The notes under the pieces were generated by a model. That model did not search any database, was not told the origin of the DNA, and was given only the letters and a program-made list of their open reading frames with translations. Positions 56,190-64,000 of a stretch of 64,000 nucleotides of DNA are shown one piece after another. Source of the DNA: an uncultured Oscillospiraceae bacterium (GTDB taxonomy: Bacteria > Bacillota > Clostridia > Oscillospirales > Ruminococcaceae); NCBI GenBank assembly GCA_964371155.1, contig CAYJLI010000005.1, positions 1,675 through 65,674 on the forward strand. The letters run 5' to 3'. The position numbers and the translations under genes are program-made. How positions within the stretch are numbered: position 1 is the first letter of the stretch; each line of letters starts with the position of its first letter.

Positions 56190-57587
56190 ATGGATAAAAA
56201 GGTAGCGATACTGCTCGCAGCTGGGGATGGAACAAGGATGAATTCAAAGGGCTCAAAGGTGCTTTGCAAAGTGCTCTTTAAGCCGATGGTGGACTGGGTT
56301 ATCTCGGCTTGTCAAAATGCAGAGCTCGATGAAATATGTGCCGTAGTTGCAGATTTAAATAGCGATGTGGCAGAGCATCTAAAGGAAGATATCACACTTG
56401 CGGTGCAGGCTGAGAGGCTTGGCACTGCCCATGCGGTAGGGTGTGCCCATGATTTTATTGTAGCTAATAAAGAAGCGGATATACTGATACTCAATGGCGA
56501 CGCACCATTCATTGACGCCCATGCGATAAACGCCGCCCACACCACCCACCAAAGCGAGGGCAATGCGATAACCATTGTTTCGGCGAGGGTTAAAAACCCA
56601 TATGGCTATGGCAGGATAGTGCGTGAGGGGAGAAAGTTTACCTCGATTGTGGAGCAGAGCGAATGTGACGAAGCCACCGCCAAAATAGACGAGATTAATT
56701 CGGGGGTATATTGGTTTAAAGGGGAGCTTTTAAGCAAGCTTTTAGAGGGCGTGGAAAACAAAAACTCAAAGGGCGAATACTATCTGACCGACACTGTCTC
56801 AGTAGCAGTTTCGGCAGGGCTTTTTGTTGGGGTGCATGTTGCAGAGGATGAAAGTGCGGTGCTTGGCGCAAACAATAGAAAGGCTCTCGCCGAGCTAAAC
56901 GAAATCGCAAGACAGCGTGTTTTTGAGGAGCTCTATGCCAAAGGGGTGGACATTCCAATTACTGACGGTGTAATAATCTCCCCAGATGCTGTGATAGGCA
57001 GGGATACAGTGATACTCCCCGGCAGTATAATAAAGGGTGCAAGTGTTATCGGTGAGGGCTGTGAAATAGGGCCAAACACCGTGATAGAAGAAAGTATCAT
57101 AGGCGACTATACCAAGGTAATTTCTTCACAGGTGGAAGAAAGCAAAATAGCGAGTGCGGTGCGGATAGGGCCTTTTGCGAGAATTCGCCCGAAAAGCGAT
57201 ATAGCCGACAATGCCAAGATAGGCAATTTTGTTGAAGTGAAGAGCAGTAGCATAGGAGAGCACACCTCAATTGCACATCTATCATATTTTGGCGACAGCG
57301 AAGTTGGCAAATATGTAAATGTGGGTTGTGGGGTTGTAACTGCAAACTACGACGGAGCTAAAAAGCATAAAACTGTGGTTGGTGATGGCGTGTTTATAGG
57401 ATGCAACACTAATTTAATAGCACCTGTTACTTTAGAAAAAGGCTCAAATGTGGCGGCAGGGAGCACAATAACAAAAGATGTGCCCGAATACAGCCTTGCA
57501 GTGGAAAGAGCTACCCAGAAAAATATTGAGGGTTGGGCGAAGAGTAAGGGGAAGTATAAAAAGCTTGATTTGGTTGAGGGGGAATAG
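56190..57587 (+). CDS. glmU: Bifunctional UDP-N-acetylglucosamine pyrophosphorylase / glucosamine-1-phosphate N-acetyltransferase
   Basis: Start at ATG 56190 (MDKKVAILLAAGDGTRM); nucleotidyltransferase N-domain plus left-handed beta-helix hexapeptide repeats in the C-terminal half. Confidence 0.92.
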   Translation: MDKKVAILLAAGDGTRMNSKGSKVLCKVLFKPMVDWVISACQNAELDEICAVVADLNSDVAEHLKEDITLAVQAERLGTAHAVGCAHDFIVANKEADILILNGDAPFIDAHAINAAHTTHQSEGNAITIVSARVKNPYGYGRIVREGRKFTSIVEQSECDEATAKIDEINSGVYWFKGELLSKLLEGVENKNSKGEYYLTDTVSVAVSAGLFVGVHVAEDESAVLGANNRKALAELNEIARQRVFEELYAKGVDIPITDGVIISPDAVIGRDTVILPGSIIKGASVIGEGCEIGPNTVIEESIIGDYTKVISSQVEESKIASAVRIGPFARIRPKSDIADNAKIGNFVEVKSSSIGEHTSIAHLSYFGDSEVGKYVNVGCGVVTANYDGAKKHKTVVGDGVFIGCNTNLIAPVTLEKGSNVAAGSTITKDVPEYSLAVERATQKNIEGWAKSKGKYKKLDLVEGE

Positions 57588-57629
57588 TTTTTTCTGCGAG
57601 GAGTGTAAATCATCGGAGTGGGATTATTT

Positions 57630-57764
57630 AGTGAAAAGTGAAAAATGAAGTTTTACTCGATTTTTTGAAAAAAATCGTGGGGTATGGGGTGAAACCCCAT
57701 AAATAGAATGGCGAAGCCAAAAAACAATGTAGCAATTTTTGCGAAGCAAAAGAACGGAGATTAT
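57630..57764 (+). repeat. Mosaic intergenic repeat, copy 4: H, A, B; abuts a start codon
   Basis: H 57630-57649; A 57650-57700; B 57710-57762. Module B ends ..gaacGGAGattat immediately before ATG 57765. Confidence 0.9.
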
Positions 57765-58463
57765 ATGGAAAAAAATTTAAAAAAGCAATTAGATAATGAT
57801 TTATGGATTATTGTAATATTATCATTACTTTCACTGGGAGTTTATATTGTTTTTAACTCGCAAATTATGAGCATCGCAAAAGATAATACAAATCCTATTT
57901 TATTGCGAGTATTGTTGTTTGCGGCATTGCAGTTTGGAGTAGCAGGATTTGGTATAACTACAGTTGCAATAATACGAAAAGAAAACTTCTGCTCTTATGG
58001 GCTAAAAAAAGATAATGCTCTTATATCAATTTTACTCACAGCCCTTTGCTATATTCCATATTTAATATTTTCATTTACAACTGGAGCAATAACAAGTTAT
58101 CTACCTTTTCAGCAAGTAATAACAACAAATGAAGTACTCGGGGCCGCTTTTCCTATAAATGTTTTAGGTATTTTGATTACAATATTTTCGTGGGGTTTTT
58201 TTGAAGGTTTTAACTATGTTGTTATAAGTGATAAAATAAATAAATTGTATCCAAGCAGAAATCATTGGGTTAATTGGGGGGCTATAAGTTGTAGTATTCT
58301 GTGTATTTTAATTCACGGAATGGTGGGTGTCACCTCCGATGCACTGATTGAAATGTTTACAATTATATTCTTTATTTATGGAATGCTAATTGTTAAAGAG
58401 CGAACTGGTAATGCTTGGGGAAGTGTTTTTGTGTTTATCTTTTTGTGGAATGCATTCAAGTAG
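57765..58463 (+). CDS. Hypothetical polytopic membrane protein (about 6-7 TM helices), very AT-rich
   Basis: Start at ATG 57765 (MEKNLKKQLD) with GGAG 5 nt upstream. The 57708 start of the ORF track would read through repeat module B. No family recognised with confidence. Confidence 0.65.
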   Translation: MEKNLKKQLDNDLWIIVILSLLSLGVYIVFNSQIMSIAKDNTNPILLRVLLFAALQFGVAGFGITTVAIIRKENFCSYGLKKDNALISILLTALCYIPYLIFSFTTGAITSYLPFQQVITTNEVLGAAFPINVLGILITIFSWGFFEGFNYVVISDKINKLYPSRNHWVNWGAISCSILCILIHGMVGVTSDALIEMFTIIFFIYGMLIVKERTGNAWGSVFVFIFLWNAFK

Positions 58464-58492
58464 CAAAATACCCCCCACCCCCTACAAACCAA

Positions 58493-58526
58493 AACAGCCA
58501 CTATCAATTTCTTGATAGTGGCTGTT
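58493..58526. terminator. Bidirectional hairpin between the membrane-protein gene and mfd
   Basis: aacagccactatcaa (58493-58507), loop tttc, ttgatagtggctgtt (58512-58526); A-run before and T-run after. Confidence 0.75.
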
Positions 58527-58583
58527 TATTAATTTTCGATGTTTTGTGGCGGCTTATTTAGTTGGATAAATTTATTAAAGCCG

Positions 58584-61500
58584 CTATTTATCCTTTGTTA
58601 TTTCAAGCACTTCCCTTATTGTTTCAAGAGGTTTTTCGCCTTTTTTAATCCTCACCGCAATATATGGCTTATTGCCCATGCTCACCATTGCTCTACCGCT
58701 GAGCTGTGAGGCTATTTTTGAAGCTATTTGCATGTTAAACTCGGTTGGGAAAAATAGCACTTTGTCCTCCCTTTGGGAAATTTCCTCCATCCCCATTGCG
58801 GCGGCGGCTCCCCTTATAAGTGCCACATCCACAAGGCCTTTTACCGAGTCGGGTGGATCTCCAAAGCGGTCTATCAGCTCATCTAAAATATCCATGGCGT
58901 CTTCATTGTTTGACACTGTGGCTATTTTTTTGTATATATCTATTCTCTGGGTGAGATTTTCTATATAGTCTTCGGGGATGTGCGCCTCTATGCTGATATC
59001 TATCATACATTCGGTGGAAGTTTTCACCTTTACTTCCCCTTTTTCTTCCGATATTGCCTCGGAGAGCAGTTTGAGATACATATCATATCCCACTGCTTCC
59101 ATATGCCCATGTTGCTTTGCACCTAAAATACTGCCCGCACCCCTTATTTCAAGGTCACGCATTGCAATCCTAAATCCTGAACCAAAAGAGGTGAACTCCT
59201 TAATGGCTGAGAGCCTTTTTGTGGCAATGTCGGTGAGGGATTTGCCCCTTGTGAATGTGAGGTAGGCAAAGGCACGCCTTGAGCTTCTGCCAACTCTCCC
59301 CCTGAGCTGATAGAGCTGTGAAAGCCCCATTTTGTCGGCATCTTCTATTATCAGGGTGTTGCAATTTGGCACATCCACCCCTGTTTCTATAATTGTAGTG
59401 CAGATGAGTATGTCTATTTCACCCTCCACAAGGCTCTGCCATATTGAGGAGAGTTTTTCCTCGCCCATTCTGCCATGTGCGGTGACTATCCTCGCTTCGG
59501 GGAGAAGGTCGGCGAGTCTTTTGGCACAGCTATCAATTGTTTCCACTCTGTTGTGAAGATAGAAAATCTGCCCTCCACGCCTTAGCTCCTTGCGAATTGC
59601 CTGCTCAATTACCCCCATGTCATGCTCTACAACATAGGTCTGAACAGGGTGTCTGTCCTGCGGTGCTTCTTCTATTAGCGACATATCCCTTATTCCGCTC
59701 ATCGCCATATTTAGCGTCCTCGGTATCGGAGTAGCGGAGAGAGTGAGCACATCCACCGAATTTCTAAGCTCTTTAAAGCGCTCCTTATGTGTTACGCCGA
59801 AACGCTGTTCTTCATCTATTACGCAAAGCCCCAAATCCTTAAACTCCACATCTTTTTGGATAATGCGATGTGTGCCTATAACAATATCCACTTCACCTTT
59901 TTTAAGGCGTTTTATTACCTCTTCCTGCTGTTTTGGCGTGCGGAAGCGTGAGAGAAGCTCAACCTTTATCGGGTAGCCCTCCATCCTTTGGGTGAATGTT
60001 TTAAAATGTTGCCATGCGAGTATTGTGGTGGGGACGAGCACGGCGCATTGCTTTCCCCCCATCACGCATTTAAACGCACCCCTTATAGCCACCTCTGTTT
60101 TACCAAAGCCAACATCCCCACAGAGAAGTCTGTCCATCGGGGAGGGGCGGTGCATATCGCCTTTAATTTCATCTATACAGCGGAGCTGATCATCCGTTTC
60201 CTCGTATGGGAACCTCGCTTCAAACTCTCTTTGCCAATCGTCGTCCTCCCCAAAGGAGTGACCCACCGCTTTAAGTCGCTTTGAATAGAGCTCGATAAGC
60301 TCTTTCGCCATCTCGGCAACCGCTTTTTTAACCCTCTTTCGAGTATTGCTCCACTCTACCGAATTAAGCTTATTGAGCCTTACCGATTTATCTTCCGCCG
60401 CACCGATGTATTTGCTCACTAAATCAAGCTGAGTGACGGGTACAAAAAGAGTGTCGGTGCCTGCATATCCAATTTTTATATAATCCTTGGTAACTCCATG
60501 CACTTCCCTTTTTACAATTCCGTTAAACACACCTATTCCATGTGCGGTATGCACTACATAATCCCCCTGTGTGAGGTCGGAGAGTGCTTTTATTTTGTCC
60601 CCCATTTTTGGGGTTTTTTTGCGTTTTGAGAGTGGGGAGCCTGTTTTTCCATGTGCCTTTACTGTCAGCTTTAGTGCAGGGTATTCAAATCCTGAGGGAA
60701 GTGGTATACCTATTACAAACACCTGTCCACCAACGATTTTTGGGATATCGCTTACATACACCGCTGGGATGTCATCCCTTAAAAAATCGCTCACTAAAGC
60801 CTTTGCACCCCTCTCGGTGCCTGCGGCTATCACACAGCAGTATTTGTGCGCTATAAGCTCCTGCACTTCGTCACATATCACCCTATATTCACCACTCCAT
60901 GGGGAGAGCTGTATCGCTTCGGGGGTTAGGGTGTTTGTTATTTCAAAGTCATAGCTATTTCTTATGAAAGTCTCAAATGCTATGCTTGGATGGGTTTCCA
61001 CTTTTTTAAGCAGATATGTGTAGTCCGCCGAGAAAGTGTCGCACCCTTTAAATAGTACACCCTCATCCAAAAGCTCCACAATATCCTCGTTATAGGTGGC
61101 GGATATTGCTCTCAGTGCTTCTTTTACCCCCACTGGGTCGCTTATTATCAGCGCACTTTCTTTGCAATAATCAAATAATGTGGCTGGGGTTTTATAGATT
61201 ATCGGGAGGTATCTGTCGGCATTTTCGATATCCATGCCGTTTTGAAGCTCCAATATATGGCTACTTAGCTGCTCGCACGCCTTTTTATGCTTTGCCTTTT
61301 CGGCGGCGTCCTCGAGAAGCTTAATAAATGTCTTATCGTCGGAGTAGAGCACCTCTTTTGCAGGGGTTATGTCAACGCTGTCGCAGAGGTCGTATCTGCG
61401 CTGAGTGTCCGCCTTAAAGTGGGCAATGCTGTCCACCTCATCCCCCCAGAACTCTATGCGGTAGGGGTCTTCGCTGTGTGAGGGGAATAAATCAAGTATC

Positions 61501-62036
61501 CCGCCACGCCTTGCAAACTGGCAAATACCATCCACCTGCTCGCTGTGTTTATAGCCTGCTCTTATAAGCTTTAGGCAGATTTCATCCATGTCGTAGCTTT
61601 CGCCGCTTTTAATCACCGAGGTGTTTTCCTTTAAAACTTCGGGGGGGATGGTGTATTGAAGTGCGGCTTCGGCACTCGATACCACTATTTTTAGTTTTCC
61701 CACTCGTAAATCATTTAGCACAGCCAGCCTTATATGCTCATACTCTCTTGAGATACTTTGTGCATCGGTGTAGATAAAATCCCTTGTGGGATAAAGTGCT
61801 GAAAAATCTTCACCACAAAGAGAATTTATCTCAAAGACAAGCTTTGCCGCAGATTGTTCATCGGGGGTAATTATGATTTGGGAAATATTTTTATCGAGCA
61901 AAAAATTATAGGCGAAATGAGCCTTGTGTATCGACGCAAGACCACCTATAAGTAGGGTGTTATTTTTTTCTTTTAGGGAGTTTACCGCCGTGCGATATTC
62001 GGGAAGTTCATTAAGAACATCTGCAAATTGCCTCAT
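58584..62036 (-). CDS. mfd: Transcription-repair coupling factor Mfd
   Basis: 1150 aa with a UvrB-homology N-terminus, a CarD-like RNAP-interacting domain (GDYVVHTAHGIGVF), a superfamily-2 translocase (GDVGFGKTEV, DEEQRFG) and a TRCF C-terminal domain. Confidence 0.95.
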   Translation of the reverse strand: MRQFADVLNELPEYRTAVNSLKEKNNTLLIGGLASIHKAHFAYNFLLDKNISQIIITPDEQSAAKLVFEINSLCGEDFSALYPTRDFIYTDAQSISREYEHIRLAVLNDLRVGKLKIVVSSAEAALQYTIPPEVLKENTSVIKSGESYDMDEICLKLIRAGYKHSEQVDGICQFARRGGILDLFPSHSEDPYRIEFWGDEVDSIAHFKADTQRRYDLCDSVDITPAKEVLYSDDKTFIKLLEDAAEKAKHKKACEQLSSHILELQNGMDIENADRYLPIIYKTPATLFDYCKESALIISDPVGVKEALRAISATYNEDIVELLDEGVLFKGCDTFSADYTYLLKKVETHPSIAFETFIRNSYDFEITNTLTPEAIQLSPWSGEYRVICDEVQELIAHKYCCVIAAGTERGAKALVSDFLRDDIPAVYVSDIPKIVGGQVFVIGIPLPSGFEYPALKLTVKAHGKTGSPLSKRKKTPKMGDKIKALSDLTQGDYVVHTAHGIGVFNGIVKREVHGVTKDYIKIGYAGTDTLFVPVTQLDLVSKYIGAAEDKSVRLNKLNSVEWSNTRKRVKKAVAEMAKELIELYSKRLKAVGHSFGEDDDWQREFEARFPYEETDDQLRCIDEIKGDMHRPSPMDRLLCGDVGFGKTEVAIRGAFKCVMGGKQCAVLVPTTILAWQHFKTFTQRMEGYPIKVELLSRFRTPKQQEEVIKRLKKGEVDIVIGTHRIIQKDVEFKDLGLCVIDEEQRFGVTHKERFKELRNSVDVLTLSATPIPRTLNMAMSGIRDMSLIEEAPQDRHPVQTYVVEHDMGVIEQAIRKELRRGGQIFYLHNRVETIDSCAKRLADLLPEARIVTAHGRMGEEKLSSIWQSLVEGEIDILICTTIIETGVDVPNCNTLIIEDADKMGLSQLYQLRGRVGRSSRRAFAYLTFTRGKSLTDIATKRLSAIKEFTSFGSGFRIAMRDLEIRGAGSILGAKQHGHMEAVGYDMYLKLLSEAISEEKGEVKVKTSTECMIDISIEAHIPEDYIENLTQRIDIYKKIATVSNNEDAMDILDELIDRFGDPPDSVKGLVDVALIRGAAAAMGMEEISQREDKVLFFPTEFNMQIASKIASQLSGRAMVSMGNKPYIAVRIKKGEKPLETIREVLEITKDK

Positions 62037-62309
62037 GTTTCACCTCAAAAATTGCAATTAAATAGTATATATTTACTTTATATGGATACTAATCACATTA
62101 TATCATACTTTTTTTAAAAAAAATAAAATTTAATTGAAAATGGATATGGATTTACTTTTCGTTATAATTCCCCATGGTTTTTCACGCTTTATGTATAATA
62201 TTGCATTTTAATGTATAAAACCATAGTGAATTGCGTGTAAATTTATTGCAATTTTAGCAAATATGTTAATTTTATCAATAAATTATCGAATTTAATCGAA
62301 CGATTTTTG

Positions 62310-62338
62310 TTGACATTACCAAAGAATTAGAATATAAT
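62310..62338 (+). promoter_or_regulatory. Perfect-consensus sigma-A promoter ~170 nt upstream of the 73-aa ORF
   Basis: TTGACA (62310-62315), exactly 17 nt, TATAAT (62333-62338). Confidence 0.6.
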
Positions 62339-62511
62339 GATGCCATAGACTAAATTTTTACTGTGGATTTCTCTCCGATTTCAATATCGTATTAATATAC
62401 ATAATATTACATATTTCCAATAAATCATCTTTACGATTTTTTATATATCTTGCAAACATTCCATCCTATACGCCGTAAACACCCCTTTAAACTGAAAGCA
62501 GGTGAAGATGA

Positions 62512-62733
62512 ATGTCTTATGAACTACTGACACAATCCTTTACAGAGGAAAATTCGCAAGTAATTATGTATGGGTTCTCATGCAAATCTGCTGAGAGCGT
62601 GGAGAGCTTTGTGTTTGAAAGCCTAAGTGCCGACAAAGACATTGTGTCTGAATTCGTCCGTCTTTGTGAAGACGGAGAAGTTGATGAAATTTCCATAGGT
62701 TATGTTGTAGAAGATTTTATAGCATACCTATAG
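62512..62733 (+). CDS. Hypothetical small acidic protein (73 aa)
   Basis: AGGTGA SD 6 nt upstream of the ATG; followed by a strong terminator; rich in E/D/S; no TM segment; family not recognised with certainty. Confidence 0.55.
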   Translation: MSYELLTQSFTEENSQVIMYGFSCKSAESVESFVFESLSADKDIVSEFVRLCEDGEVDEISIGYVVEDFIAYL

Positions 62734-62791
62734 TCATTTACCACTACCAATAGTCCTACTTTTCGTCTTAACAATAATCTTACTACACACT

Positions 62792-62820
62792 AAAGAGCAG
62801 AGGTTTTACCTCTGCTCTTT
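62792..62820. terminator. 12-bp hairpin between the convergent 73-aa ORF and cdd
   Basis: aaagagcagagg (62792-62803), loop tttta, cctctgctcttt (62809-62820), followed by agcttttt. Confidence 0.75.
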
Positions 62821-62876
62821 AGCTTTTTAATATCAGAGGTCTAAGTTTAAAAAGGCAGGAGGTTTTCTCTAAGCAT

Positions 62877-63299
62877 CTACACTAAGGACGATGGCGTAAA
62901 TGCTAACGGTAATAATTCGCACAATTTATACAATTTGTAATCATTTTCGTTTTTTGCAATGATAACTTCCATGCTGCCGTCGTTAAATTCATATAGCATT
63001 TGTCTGCAAACACCGCAGGGTGCGGCGAAGTCCTCGGGGTCTTTGCTTTTGTCAAGCCCACCAACCACTGCAATTGCAGCAAATTCACGCTCCCCTTCCT
63101 TGACCGCCGAAAAAAGTGCGGTGCGCTCGGCGCAGTTTGTGGGGGAGTAGGAGGCGCTTTCTATATTACAACCGGTGTAGACAGTGCCATTTTTCGCAAG
63201 CAATGCCGCCCCCACCGCAAATCCCGAATAGGGTATATAGGCATTTTGTCTTGCTTTGAGTGCTGTGTTAATTAGCTCTTTTATTTTAGTTTCAGTCAT
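62877..63299 (-). CDS. cdd: Cytidine deaminase
   Basis: Start at ATG 63299 (MTETKIKEL) with AAGGAG 7 nt upstream; zinc motifs CAERTA and PCGVCRQ; 140 aa. The ORF track start at 63419 adds an implausible 40-aa extension. Confidence 0.9.
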   Translation of the reverse strand: MTETKIKELINTALKARQNAYIPYSGFAVGAALLAKNGTVYTGCNIESASYSPTNCAERTALFSAVKEGEREFAAIAVVGGLDKSKDPEDFAAPCGVCRQMLYEFNDGSMEVIIAKNENDYKLYKLCELLPLAFTPSSLV

Positions 63300-63421
63300 T
63301 GTACTGCTCCTTTTAATGTGGTTTGATGCGGGTGAGGTTTGAGGTGAGTTTGGAATTTCAGGTTTCGCCATATGGAGACGATTTATAAGCATGGCAAAGG
63401 CACTGCTTAATTTCTTCACTA

Positions 63422-64000
63422 CTAACTCTTTGTAAGTAAATCCTTCGCCCTTGACTCTCCGTCGATATCCCCACTTACATCGAGATACTCCATCACTGTG
63501 CTCCCTATATCCGCAAAGGTTGGGAGGGTGCCTAAATTTGCCCCTGCTTTTACATTTTCACCGTAGAAAATCACTGGGATGTACTCCCTTGTGTGGTCGG
63601 TGCTATCATATCCAGGGTCGCAACCGTGGTCGGCGGTAATAATTAGCAAATCCTCCGCCTTTAGCAGTGGAAGAAAGTTCGTTAGTGCAGTGTCGAACTC
63701 CATTAGTGCATTCGCATAACCCTTTATATCATTTCTGTGGCCGTATAGCATGTCGAAATCCACTAAATTTACAAAACACAGTCCATCGAAGTCTGTCTTG
63801 GCTATTTCTACGAGTTTATTTACGCCGTCCATATTATTTTTAGTTTTGTGGGTGGAAGTAATGCCCACATCGGCAAATATATCGGAAATTTTACCCACTC
63901 CGATAACCTCTTTGCTCGAAGCTTTTATATGATCAAGCATGGTTTTCTTAGGTGGCTTCAGCGAGTAGTCGTGGCGGTTTGCTGTGCGTTTAAAATTTGG
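63422..64000 (-). CDS. deoB: Phosphopentomutase, C-terminal part (N-terminus outside the window)
   Basis: The frame stays open upstream of Met 63940 to the window edge (..FKRTANRHDYSLKPPKKTMLDHIK..). Motifs LVDFDMLYGHRND and ITADHGCDP are typical of DeoB. Confidence 0.88.
   Translation of the reverse strand, partial: PNFKRTANRHDYSLKPPKKTMLDHIKASSKEVIGVGKISDIFADVGITSTHKTKNNMDGVNKLVEIAKTDFDGLCFVNLVDFDMLYGHRNDIKGYANALMEFDTALTNFLPLLKAEDLLIITADHGCDPGYDSTDHTREYIPVIFYGENVKAGANLGTLPTFADIGSTVMEYLDVSGDIDGESRAKDLLTKS

Noticed and set aside
56168-56192. Recurrent leader GAAAGGAATGG(A/T)CAT..ATG upstream of glmU, the M24B gene (28569-28598, minus) and the ArsC-family gene (23625-23655, minus), with a related AAAGGAATGATTACATT-ATG before trpS
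   Set aside because: AGAAAGGA is complementary to the extreme 3' tail of 16S rRNA (..CCUCCUUUCU). GAAAGG-type SDs with 9-12-nt spacing also precede oppB-type and patB-like genes here. The shared core is best explained as an extended Shine-Dalgarno habit of this genome. The extra 8-10 nt of identity among three genes is suggestive but too short to call a regulatory element without genome-wide statistics.

Overview
Chromosomal segment of a low-GC Gram-positive anaerobe. The Clostridia-like assignment is an inference from gene content, GGAGG/GAAAGGA Shine-Dalgarno usage and lipoprotein signal peptides; the species cannot be named without a database search. There are about 46 protein-coding genes, mostly on the minus strand. 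I found no rRNA, tRNA, CRISPR array, transposase, integrase or phage gene. Left to right: the 3' 7.8 kb of a giant GLUG/Ig-repeat surface protein (N-terminus outside the window); a 3-gene NitT/TauT-type ABC importer; a membrane GGDEF diguanylate cyclase; a complete pstSCAB-phoU-phoB-phoR phosphate operon; a DUF454 protein, a CyuA/YhaM-like cysteine desulfidase, an M24 peptidase, an ArsC/Spx-family protein and a MATE exporter. Next is a 14-kb minus-strand peptide-utilisation supercluster: Opp/Dpp-type ABC genes BCDF plus a lipoprotein SBP, interleaved with M24, M20, M3 (PepF) and S9 peptidases, an orphan M24 N-domain gene and a 101-aa unknown. Then come a PatB/MalY-like C-S lyase; a low-GC Na+/H+ antiporter cassette; trpS; an aminotransferase; trkH; a NUDIX hydrolase; TPP riboswitch-thiT; a cysteine desulfurase; a PepV-like dipeptidase; an ECF sigma factor with an 827-aa membrane beta-propeller protein; a SEDS protein (FtsW/RodA); glmU; a low-GC membrane protein; mfd; a 73-aa acidic ORF; cdd; and the 3' part of deoB. 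The most unusual signal is not a gene. It is a family of modular, hairpin-forming intergenic repeats (modules A, B, C, D, H) at 6 sites (7.9, 25.2-25.6, 43.8, 51.0-51.3, 56.0, 57.6 kb), possibly a seventh at 48.2 kb. The modules are combined in different orders and orientations, show compensatory base changes between copies, and one copy supplies the SD and start codon of a gene. I do not recognise it as a named family. Nothing here looks like a defence island or a self-mobile element; most of the window is ordinary housekeeping and nutrient-acquisition DNA.
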